DNA of 64,000 bases from Dehalococcoidia bacterium (GTDB lineage Bacteria; Chloroflexota; Dehalococcoidia; UBA6926): positions 896,745 to 960,744 of the forward strand of contig OZ243973.1 of assembly GCA_965214725.1 (NCBI GenBank), given 5' to 3'. The translations under genes were made by a program, and so were the position numbers. Under the pieces are notes generated by a model. It had not been told where the DNA came from. It did not search any database and saw only the letters and a list, made by a program, of their open reading frames with translations. Below, one piece after another: positions 7,799-15,811 of the stretch; position 1 is the stretch's first letter, and the number at the start of each line of letters is the position of its first letter.

Positions 7799-10066
7799 TT
7801 AGGATGTCGTCCTTTGGGCCATCCGGCGGCGCAGCAGCAGGTAGGCGCCGATGCCTAGCAGCAACAGGATGAACAGCCCGACTAGGAACGTCCCGATCCC
7901 GGCGCCGCCATCCTCCACAACGGGCGTCGCTGTTGGATCCACAGGCGCGACGGGCGGCGTTGGCGTTGGCTCCGGTGTGGCCGTTGCTGTGGGTTCCGGC
8001 TCCGGTGTGGGCGTCGGATCAGGCAGTGGCGGCGTTGCCGTCGCAACCGGCCTCGGCGTCGCAGTTGGTGTCGCGGATGGAGTCGGTACGGAAGGCGGTG
8101 TCGCCGTTGGTATGGCAGGAGGCGTCCACTGGTCCGGCCCGGCGTAGCGCGGATTCACGCGAACCCAGAACGTCTGCCAAGCCGAGTGTTCACCGCTCCG
8201 CGCCGTGACGGTCACCAGCGTTCTGCCCATCTCAAGCGCACTGACACGCAGCATCGTGCCGGTCATTAAGCCGCCCACAATACGCGTTGGATTGCTCGTC
8301 ACCGTATACGTCGGCGCGTCCACGCCTTCAGCGATGATGAATGCGTTCGCGAGCGACACAAACCGCGTCGTGCCCTGATCAAGCGGCGGGACATAGACGT
8401 TCCAGCCCGCATTCGGAGTAATACCGCCCGTTTCGCCGCCGCCCGTTCCGGGCTCTGTCGGCGGGACGGGTGCCGTGGTCGTCGGGGTTGCAGTCGGCCT
8501 GACGCCCGGTCGTGGTGTCGCAGTCGGCCTGACGCTTGGCCGTGGTGTTGGCGTTGCGCGTACCGTTGATGGCGCCATCCATGTGCATGCTGTCGTGATG
8601 GTCCAGCCGTCATCGAACATCTTCGGCAGAGAGGTATTCGGGTAGAAGGCGCCGCCAACCACCTGACATCCCAAGACGCTATCGTCACCAATCGTCACCG
8701 TACGCGGTTCCAGTGTCGGGCGTCCCGGTATCGGCGTTGGAGTCGGGTTTGGGTTGGGATCCTCCCATGTGCAGTCTGCCCTGAGAATCCAGCCGTCATC
8801 GTAGGTCGTCGGAAGAGTATAGAGCGGGTGGAACGTCCCGCCGTCCACCTGACATCCCATCACGTCATTGCCATCGATAGTACGCGTAATCTTCTCTGCG
8901 GGCGGGCGGGCGGGAGAGGGTGTCGCCGTTGGTGTTGGCGTCGCGTCCGGCCGCGGTGTCGCCGTGGCGCCTGGCGGTGGCGTGGCCGTGGGCGTGGAGC
9001 CTGGCGGCGGCGTGGCTGTGGGTAAGATTACCGGTGGCGGCGTCGTGTCGCCCCGCCCGGCGTTGCACGTTGCCATCGCTGCCTGCACGCCTCTCTCGTC
9101 ATCACAGATCATCAGCGTGAAATCAACGTCGTCACCGAGTGCATAGCCCGGACCGTTGATGAGCTTGAAGACGACGCTCTCGGTCGATTCACGAACGGAA
9201 TCGTTCATGACAGCCACGGTGAATTTCGCGTAGCCATCGTCACGGCAGTCGTTCTTGAGAGTACCGCCGCGCGTCACCGGCCTGCCAAATGAGTCCACTC
9301 TGCAGGACGGATTGGCGCTGAACCTGTAGACTCCTGCCTCATCCGTCAACGTTGGACCCGACGAGAGATTCCTGAGTTCGTAATCGACGTTCATCGTTGC
9401 CGTGCTCGCGTTGGTATCGAGCAGCCAGTGGATATTCACTGCCGGGTCCGGCGCCGGGTCCATCACCGTTGTCGGATAGCGCGAGCCGGCATACTCCTCC
9501 ATCCAGTGCACATCTCTGAAGAATGACATGCGCGGCGTGGTCGACGTCACGTCGTCATCCAGGATTGTCAACTTGAATTTCGTTTGGCTCCCGAGGACAT
9601 AGCCCGTGCCCGGCGACAGATTCAGGATGATCGTCTCATCCCCCTCATTGAAGGTGTCAGCCCTGATAGTCAATGTGCGGCTCGCGCTGATCGCATTCGC
9701 AGCCACAGTGAAGGAGTTGGGCGCGGCCATGCCCCAATCGGCGGTCGGACCACGGGTCGCCGTGCCCTTACTGCCTACCGTAAAGGGAACCGTGATTGCG
9801 GTTGTCGGCGCGGGCGACACATTCACAGTAATGTTGATGTCGTGGGGGGCTCCCTGCTCCGACTGCGACATCTCCGCCACTGCCCATGACACTGTCGGAG
9901 TCGGCGTCTGCGCCTGCGCCTCTCCGGGCCATCCTGACGCAACCAGCGCCGCCAGCAAAACCGCTAGCGCGACGGTCATTCCAAGGGGCAGTTGCCACAT
10001 CAGGCTGCGCCGCCGGATGAAAAGAGGGGGGAGGGATGATGGCGGGCGTTTTTCCTGATCAATCAT
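7799..10066 (-). CDS. cell-surface protein: signal peptide, Calx-beta-like domains, Pro/Thr linkers, twin Cys-containing modules, C-terminal TM anchor
   Basis: N-terminal hydrophobic signal 'LPLGMTVALAVLLAALVASGWPGEAQA'. Calx-beta-like motif 'TLTIRADTFNEGDETIILNL...KLTILDDD'. PT-rich linkers. An internal duplicated module 'GCQV.GG.F.P...LP...DDGW......CTW'. C-terminal 'FLVGLFILLLLGIGAYLLLRRR'. Confidence 0.75.
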   Translation of the reverse strand: MIDQEKRPPSSLPPLFIRRRSLMWQLPLGMTVALAVLLAALVASGWPGEAQAQTPTPTVSWAVAEMSQSEQGAPHDINITVNVSPAPTTAITVPFTVGSKGTATRGPTADWGMAAPNSFTVAANAISASRTLTIRADTFNEGDETIILNLSPGTGYVLGSQTKFKLTILDDDVTSTTPRMSFFRDVHWMEEYAGSRYPTTVMDPAPDPAVNIHWLLDTNASTATMNVDYELRNLSSGPTLTDEAGVYRFSANPSCRVDSFGRPVTRGGTLKNDCRDDGYAKFTVAVMNDSVRESTESVVFKLINGPGYALGDDVDFTLMICDDERGVQAAMATCNAGRGDTTPPPVILPTATPPPGSTPTATPPPGATATPRPDATPTPTATPSPARPPAEKITRTIDGNDVMGCQVDGGTFHPLYTLPTTYDDGWILRADCTWEDPNPNPTPTPIPGRPTLEPRTVTIGDDSVLGCQVVGGAFYPNTSLPKMFDDGWTITTACTWMAPSTVRATPTPRPSVRPTATPRPGVRPTATPTTTAPVPPTEPGTGGGETGGITPNAGWNVYVPPLDQGTTRFVSLANAFIIAEGVDAPTYTVTSNPTRIVGGLMTGTMLRVSALEMGRTLVTVTARSGEHSAWQTFWVRVNPRYAGPDQWTPPAIPTATPPSVPTPSATPTATPRPVATATPPLPDPTPTPEPEPTATATPEPTPTPPVAPVDPTATPVVEDGGAGIGTFLVGLFILLLLGIGAYLLLRRRMAQRTTS

Positions 10067-10122
10067 GTCAACACGGGGACAGAAAGCCTTTTTGTGTACT
10101 CAAACAAACTTGAATTGATGGT

Positions 10123-10131
10123 AGTATATCA
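10123..10131 (-). promoter_or_regulatory. candidate extended -10 (TGATATACT) for the surface-protein gene
   Basis: The reverse complement of 10123..10131 reads TGATATACT, 57 nt upstream of ATG 10066. The same TATACT hexamer recurs upstream of several other genes here. Confidence 0.3.
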
Positions 10132-10233
10132 CGCTGTACAAGTGACGTGCCAGCCTCACCAAAACAATCACGCCGTCGTTTGTTATGGGTACGCCGTGAG
10201 CCGATGTTTCTGTTCCGGGCTCCCTTGCTCGTG

Positions 10234-11157
10234 CTACAACGAGCCGGCTCTCTCCAGAAAACGCTCATAGCGCTCCGTCAAAAATACTCTGGACGGCCAC
10301 TCATCCGCACGGCGTGGCAACTCGATTCTCTGCCCGTGCAGCCCTTGAAGCGCATGCCTCAGTGTTGGACCATCACTCTCCTCAAGCAGATCCCGGCGTA
10401 TCTCAATGATGTGGTCAGGGCTGACAGCCAGAAAGAACCTGTCAAATGCGGCGTGGTGCAGTCGGCAGAGCGCTATGCCGTTGTTGATGGTGGGGCCGCC
10501 GTGCGGTTCAGAATCCGGGATGATGTGCGCCGCGTCCAGCAATTCACTATGGCGCAGTCGGCACAGCGCACATTGATGCTGGTATGCCTGCAGCACACGC
10601 TCACGGAACGCGCTCTGATGCAGCCGCGTTCGCGTTTGGGTGACGGCATACTCGCGCCGAATTTCCGTAATCAGGCCGCCAGTCTCGCCTTCCGGATGTG
10701 ACAGAGCGTCCGGCAGAGCGCCATCGACTGCCACCGAGAAGACACGCTGCTCAGGTTGATCGGCGACGATATAGACCGGCCATATGGGGAAATACTTGCC
10801 CGGAATGATCCCATGCAGATAGACGAGCGGCAGCTGGGCGCCCATCACCGTTCTGAGCCCGACATTGTCCCGATGATTGGGATCATCGCCCCGGTAGCGG
10901 TATCGCACCAGATTGTCTGCGCCGAGGGAGTCGTCATACGGGCCGCGCGGTGCTGTCGTTATCGTCAACGGCAGCTGCATCACCTTGGGCTTAAAGATCC
11001 CCTGCGGGCCGATGAGCCGGACGCGTTCCCCATCCAGATCAAAACCATCCTCGAGGAGTCGGCGTGGGAGGACGTCCCCATGCATGTCCGTCATGCGGGT
11101 GAGCCACTCGAAGGCGGCAGTGCGTATGCGCTCGTCGGTATGTCGGTTGAAGGTCAC
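10234..11157 (-). CDS. HNH endonuclease with an uncharacterised N-terminal domain (COG3440-type putative restriction endonuclease)
   Basis: C-terminal HNH motif 'CALCRLRHSELLDAAHIIPDSEPHGGPTINNGIALCRLHHAAFD'. The roughly 170-aa N-terminal domain carries 'LVRYRYRGDDPNHRDNVGLR...LPLVYLHGI'. Confidence 0.75.
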   Translation of the reverse strand: MTFNRHTDERIRTAAFEWLTRMTDMHGDVLPRRLLEDGFDLDGERVRLIGPQGIFKPKVMQLPLTITTAPRGPYDDSLGADNLVRYRYRGDDPNHRDNVGLRTVMGAQLPLVYLHGIIPGKYFPIWPVYIVADQPEQRVFSVAVDGALPDALSHPEGETGGLITEIRREYAVTQTRTRLHQSAFRERVLQAYQHQCALCRLRHSELLDAAHIIPDSEPHGGPTINNGIALCRLHHAAFDRFFLAVSPDHIIEIRRDLLEESDGPTLRHALQGLHGQRIELPRRADEWPSRVFLTERYERFLERAGSL

Positions 11158-11326
11158 GAGGCGCTCCCGTCACATGGGGCGTGAGTGTCACAGGATTGTA
11201 CGCGCGGGCATGCGTGCCTGCAACCTGTGCGCGCTGTCCACGGCACACGCCCGGAGCGCGTTCCATTAGGAACTATATTGGGAGTGTTGTACTATAGTCC
11301 CATGATAGGAGGAGCTGTGCCAACCG

Positions 11327-11626
11327 GTGCGTATCATTGCTAAGAAGGCACTCTACGAGTTTGGGGGGCGCCATGCCGATTCTGAGATCGCTCTGCGTGA
11401 ATGGCACAGAATCGTTAAGCGTGTCGAGTGGACCAAGCCCACTGATGTTACCGTCTTGTTTCCGACTGCCAGCATCATCGAGGGGAATCGTGTTGTCTTC
11501 CGGATCAAGGGGAATAGCTATCGACTGATCGTCTGGATCGCGTATCGGCACAAGACGGTATATATCAAGTGGTTGGGAACCCATGCGGAGTACAGCCAAA
11601 TCGATGCGAAAACCATAGGGATGTGA
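11327..11626 (+). CDS. higB: type II toxin HigB-family mRNA interferase
   Basis: 'MRIIAKKALYEF...REWHRIVKRVEWTKPTDV...GNRVVFRIKGNSYRLIVWIAYRHKTVYIKWLGTHAEYSQIDAKTI' follows the HigB_toxin family pattern almost residue for residue. GTG start. The 8-bp palindrome ACTATAGT lies upstream at 11291..11298. Confidence 0.85.
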   Translation: MRIIAKKALYEFGGRHADSEIALREWHRIVKRVEWTKPTDVTVLFPTASIIEGNRVVFRIKGNSYRLIVWIAYRHKTVYIKWLGTHAEYSQIDAKTIGM

Positions 11627-11628
11627 AC

Positions 11629-12873
11629 ATGACTACGATCAGGCGCATACGCACGGATGATGACCTTGATGCAGCATTGAAGCGGATCGACGAAATCTTC
11701 GATGCGCCTGAGGGCTCCCCGGAAGAGGATGAGCTCCACATTCTGATCACCCTTGTTGAGCGGTATGAGGACGAGCATTATCCGATTCTGCCCGTCTCCC
11801 CCATCGCCGCGATCGAATTCATGATGGAGCAGCGTGACCTGAAGCGCCGGGATCTGGTCCCGTTCATTGGCAGCGCGTCAAAGGTGTCAGAGGTGCTCTC
11901 CGGCAAGCGGGACATCACCATGGCCATGGCGCGCTCTCTCAACAAACACCTCGGCATACCTGCTGACATCCTCTTGCAGGACCCGCACGCGTCCCTTGAT
12001 GATGATCTTCAGTTGGAATGGGAACGGTTTCCGCTTCGGGAAATGGCGAAGCGTCAATGGATCGACGCCGGCCCTGATCTTAAGGGGCGTGCCGAGGAGA
12101 TTATGCGCAGCCTGTTGCGGCGAGCAGGAGGGCCAAAATTTGCGCCGAACGCGCTTTTCCGTATGAACAGTCTCGCACGCGTCAATGCGCGGGCAGATCG
12201 ATATGCGCTCACAGCATGGTGCTGGCAGGTGATGGCACAGGCGAACGAGTCAGCTCCAACTGCCGACTATCACGCAGATACGGTCACTCCCGCGTTTCTG
12301 CGGAATATCGCCAAGCTGAGTAGATACGGAGACGGACCGAGGATGGCGCACGACGCGCTCGCAGAACGCGGCATCGCGCTGCAGATTGTGCGCCACCTAC
12401 CAAAAACGTATCTCGACGGGGCGGCGATATGGATAGGCGACGGACGGCCGGTCATCGGGTTGACCCTGCGGCACGACCGCATCGACAACTTTTGGTTCAC
12501 GCTGCTGCACGAACTCGCTCACCTGGGACGTCACCTGGATGGCAAAGAGTCGACGGTGTTCTGCGACGATCTCACTTTGCGCGATCCCAGAACAGATTCC
12601 CGTGTGTCAGCCGATAAGGAGGCGGAAGCGGATGCTTGGGCTGAGGATGCCCTGATTCCGCCTGATAACGATCAAGAGGGCCTCTCGTTCCGCACAGTTC
12701 CTTCGCCGACGGATGTACAGGAGCTGGCACAGAGACATGAGGTCCACCCCGCTATTATCGCCGGCCGGGTGAGGTACACCCAACAAAACTACCGCTTGCT
12801 CTCTCAGTTTGTTGGAGGCGGCGCTATTCGCAAGCAGTTCGAAACGGCCGCCCGCCGTTCCACTGAAAGATGA
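11629..12873 (+). CDS. HigA-type HTH antitoxin fused to an ImmA/IrrE (COG2856) zinc-metallopeptidase domain
   Basis: ATG at 11629 lies 2 nt after the higB stop. The N-terminal 'GSASKVSEVLSGKRDITMAMARSLNKHLGIPADIL' matches the HigA HTH. The C-terminal half carries the HEXXH motif 'LLHELAHLGRH'. Confidence 0.8.
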   Translation: MTTIRRIRTDDDLDAALKRIDEIFDAPEGSPEEDELHILITLVERYEDEHYPILPVSPIAAIEFMMEQRDLKRRDLVPFIGSASKVSEVLSGKRDITMAMARSLNKHLGIPADILLQDPHASLDDDLQLEWERFPLREMAKRQWIDAGPDLKGRAEEIMRSLLRRAGGPKFAPNALFRMNSLARVNARADRYALTAWCWQVMAQANESAPTADYHADTVTPAFLRNIAKLSRYGDGPRMAHDALAERGIALQIVRHLPKTYLDGAAIWIGDGRPVIGLTLRHDRIDNFWFTLLHELAHLGRHLDGKESTVFCDDLTLRDPRTDSRVSADKEAEADAWAEDALIPPDNDQEGLSFRTVPSPTDVQELAQRHEVHPAIIAGRVRYTQQNYRLLSQFVGGGAIRKQFETAARRSTER

Positions 12874-12888
12874 CTCGGACTCCGCGCC

Positions 12889-13728
12889 ATGCCTGTTAGA
12901 CTGACACCGCTTGCGATCATCTATGACTTTGATGGGACGCTCGCGCCCGGCAATCTGCAGGAGAACAGCTTCATCCCGGCGGTTGGCATGTCACCCGCCG
13001 ATTTCTGGGCGGAGGCCAGCGCGCTCGCCAAGGAGGAGCAGGCCGATCCCATCCTCATGTACATGCATCTGATGCTGGACAAGGCGCGCACGGCGCGGGT
13101 GTCAGTGCATCGCGAGGATTTCGCGGCGCGCGGCGAGGCCATCACGTTCTTCCCGGGCGTGGAGGACTGGTTCAGTCGGATCACGGCCCATGGCGCTGAG
13201 AGGCGCATTCGCATCGATCACTACATCGTGTCATCCGGCAATGCGGAGATCATCGAGGGCACCAGCATCGCGCGGGAGTTTGAGGCTATTTATGCATCAC
13301 GCTTCAAGTATGACGAGAACGGCGTGCCGCACTGGCCCGCGCAGGCCATCAATTTCACTACCAAGACGCAGTTCCTTTTCCGGATCAACAAGGGGGCGAG
13401 TGATCTGAGCGACGATTCCTCCATCAATCAGTTTGTGGAGCAGCATGAGCGCCCGGTGCCGTTCGAGAACATGATCTACATCGGTGACGGCGCGACGGAT
13501 GTACCCTGTTTCAGGCTGGTCAAAGACCTGGGCGGGCTGTCCGTTGCCGTCTACGCACCCTCCACGAGGGGCGCAGGCGCCCGCGCGCAGACATTCGTGC
13601 GGGACGGCCGGGTCCACAGCATCGCCATGGCGGATTACTCAGACGGCAAGGGTTTGGATACCATCGTGAAAGGACAGATCGATCACATAGCCGCCCGCGA
13701 GGAGCGCAACCGCCGCCTGCAGCAGTAG
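12889..13728 (+). CDS. HAD-superfamily phosphatase (PSP-like)
   Basis: Motif I 'YDFDGTLA', motif II 'IVSSGN' and motif IV 'YIGDGATDVPCF'. Starts 15 nt after the HigA::ImmA stop on the same strand. Confidence 0.7.
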   Translation: MPVRLTPLAIIYDFDGTLAPGNLQENSFIPAVGMSPADFWAEASALAKEEQADPILMYMHLMLDKARTARVSVHREDFAARGEAITFFPGVEDWFSRITAHGAERRIRIDHYIVSSGNAEIIEGTSIAREFEAIYASRFKYDENGVPHWPAQAINFTTKTQFLFRINKGASDLSDDSSINQFVEQHERPVPFENMIYIGDGATDVPCFRLVKDLGGLSVAVYAPSTRGAGARAQTFVRDGRVHSIAMADYSDGKGLDTIVKGQIDHIAAREERNRRLQQ

Positions 13729-13935
13729 AGACACGGACACGGTAACGCTTTATCCGCGCATCATTGGATTCCGCAATAGCACTGATTCCACGGATACGCG
13801 GGTCTGACGATCGACTCGTTTGGAACGCCCCCACCAACAGTTTTCCCACCCTGCACAGCGAGATGACCGCCATGTTCTTGGAGTCTTAGCCCCCCGTGTT
13901 TGCGTGCCTTTGGCGTGTGCGCGTAGCGTGTCTGT

Positions 13936-14811
13936 GTGAAGGTCTATCTCGGTGTTGCCGCCGGTGTCTTGAGCATGTCACTTGCGGCCATCTTTATTCG
14001 GCTGGCAGATGCGCCGCCCCTCACGGTGGCGGCGTACCGTATGGGGATCGCGGCGGCCGTCGTCCTGGCCCTGTCTGCCATCACATCGAGGCATCACCTC
14101 ACGGCCATCCAACGCTCTGACGGGCTGCTCCTCATTGCCTCCGGCCTCTTTCTCGCCGTTCATTTCGCGCTCTGGATCACATCACTCTCCCACACCTCGG
14201 TCGCCAGCTCCGTCCTATTCGTGACAACGACGCCGGTCTTTGTGGCGATCGCCGGGCATCTCTACCTCGGCGACAGGCTTCGGTGGCTAACCGTCATTGC
14301 CGTCATCGTCAGCATCGTTGGGGGAGTCATCATCGCGGCGGGAGACTGGGTTGAGGGGGAGCGTCACCTGTACGGTGATGCTCTCGCATTGGCGGGGGCA
14401 GTGGCTGTGGCCGGGTACATGCTTGTGGGGCGGCGTGTGCGCAGCACCATCCGGACACTGCCCTACATCACCGTTGTGTACACTATTGCAGCAGCAGCCC
14501 TGCTCATTGGCGCCATCGTGACCGGTTCACCGATGCTGGGGCTGCCGCTGGAATCCTATTTCTGGATGGTGGTGGCCGCGCTTGTGCCACAAGTCATCGG
14601 CCATAGCCTGATAAATTGGGCATTGGGATACTGGCCGGCAGTGAATGTCTCCCTGGCGGTGCGGGCGGAACCCCTGCTTGCTGCAGCCGTGGCCATCCCG
14701 GTTCTGGGAGAGATACCTGCGTGGACGGTTCTGCCCGGCGGCGCGCTGCTCCTCATCGGTGTCTACCTTGCCATCCGCGGCGAGGCGCGTCTGCAACCGG
14801 GCAACGCATGA
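13936..14811 (+). CDS. EamA/DMT-family transporter
   Basis: 291 aa with about 10 hydrophobic spans in two EamA-like halves. GTG start. Confidence 0.85.
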   Translation: MKVYLGVAAGVLSMSLAAIFIRLADAPPLTVAAYRMGIAAAVVLALSAITSRHHLTAIQRSDGLLLIASGLFLAVHFALWITSLSHTSVASSVLFVTTTPVFVAIAGHLYLGDRLRWLTVIAVIVSIVGGVIIAAGDWVEGERHLYGDALALAGAVAVAGYMLVGRRVRSTIRTLPYITVVYTIAAAALLIGAIVTGSPMLGLPLESYFWMVVAALVPQVIGHSLINWALGYWPAVNVSLAVRAEPLLAAAVAIPVLGEIPAWTVLPGGALLLIGVYLAIRGEARLQPGNA

Positions 14812-14827
14812 ATCGGAGTTGAGCCGA

Positions 14828-15799
14828 ATGTCTTCACTACTCCTGGATCTTGCACTGACCATGGCGGGCCTTGTTGTTCTCCTTGCCGGCGGCTGGCTGC
14901 TCGTCAAGGCTGCGGCGCGGCTGTCGCTCGCTCTCGGAATCTCCCCCCTCATCATCGGCTCAACGGTCGTCGCGCTCGGCACCTCATCGCCAGAACTATC
15001 GGTGAGTGTGGTGGCGGCCGTTGAGGGTTCAGGCAGCCTTGCTGTCGGCAACGTGCTCGGCTCCAACGTCGCCAACGTGCTCCTCGTATTGGGCGTCGCA
15101 TCGCTGATACGGCCCATGGACGTCCCTGGCAGCCTCATGCGGTGGGAGATGCCTGTGCTGGGCGTCGCGACCGTTGCCGTCATTCTGGCGGGGCTCAACG
15201 GCGCGATCGGGCGGATGGAGGGAGCGGCCCTCTTTGCCGGGCTCATAGTCTTTATCGTGATCTCCCTGCTGCGCCACCGAGAGGTGGAGATGCCGCCGCG
15301 CGGGCAGGAGTTCACTCAGGTGGACGATTCACTCTCACGGCTGGCATACGTGCGTGAAATCATCCTTCTTGTTGTTGGGATCGGCATGCTGGTCGTCGGA
15401 TCGGAGTTGACGGTGCACGGCGCGGTTGGCATCGGTGAACTCGCCGGTCTGAGCGAGGTCGCAATCGGTCTGACCATCATCGCCATCGGGACGAGCCTCC
15501 CCGAGATTGTCACGACGGCAGTCGCGGCATTTCAGGGGGAGCGGGAGATCGCAGTCGCCAACGTGGTCGGCTCCAACATCTTCAACATACTGGGGGTTCT
15601 GGGGCTGACGGCCGCGATATCACCCCTGCCTACGGAGTGGGCTCTCTACAGCTTTGAGATGCCGCTTCTGGTGGCATCGACGGCGGCGCTGTTCCTGGTT
15701 GCGTGGACGAGTCGGCGCATCGTGCGGTTAGAGGGTCTTGCGCTGATCAGCCTATTCGGTATCGTACTGACCGTTGCGCTTGCGCGTGGTGGGTTATAG
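14828..15799 (+). CDS. Ca2+/Na+ antiporter (CaCA family, YrbG-like)
   Basis: Alpha-repeat motifs 'GTSSPELSVSV' and 'GTSLPEIVTT'. The internal ATG at 14828 was chosen because the upstream part of ORF 14645.. overlaps the EamA gene. Confidence 0.85.
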   Translation: MSSLLLDLALTMAGLVVLLAGGWLLVKAAARLSLALGISPLIIGSTVVALGTSSPELSVSVVAAVEGSGSLAVGNVLGSNVANVLLVLGVASLIRPMDVPGSLMRWEMPVLGVATVAVILAGLNGAIGRMEGAALFAGLIVFIVISLLRHREVEMPPRGQEFTQVDDSLSRLAYVREIILLVVGIGMLVVGSELTVHGAVGIGELAGLSEVAIGLTIIAIGTSLPEIVTTAVAAFQGEREIAVANVVGSNIFNILGVLGLTAAISPLPTEWALYSFEMPLLVASTAALFLVAWTSRRIVRLEGLALISLFGIVLTVALARGGL

Positions 15800-15811
15800 G
15801 CCGCCGTTCAG

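Noticed and set aside
7713-13728. tRNA-Glu-anchored integrative genomic island
   Set aside because: No integrase gene was found, and I could not find a direct repeat of the tRNA 3' end downstream. The cluster is reported as accessory genes only, not as a mobile element.
14527-15315. 262-aa minus-strand ORF
   Set aside because: It is antisense to the EamA 3' end and the CaCA antiporter, which has both alpha-repeat motifs.
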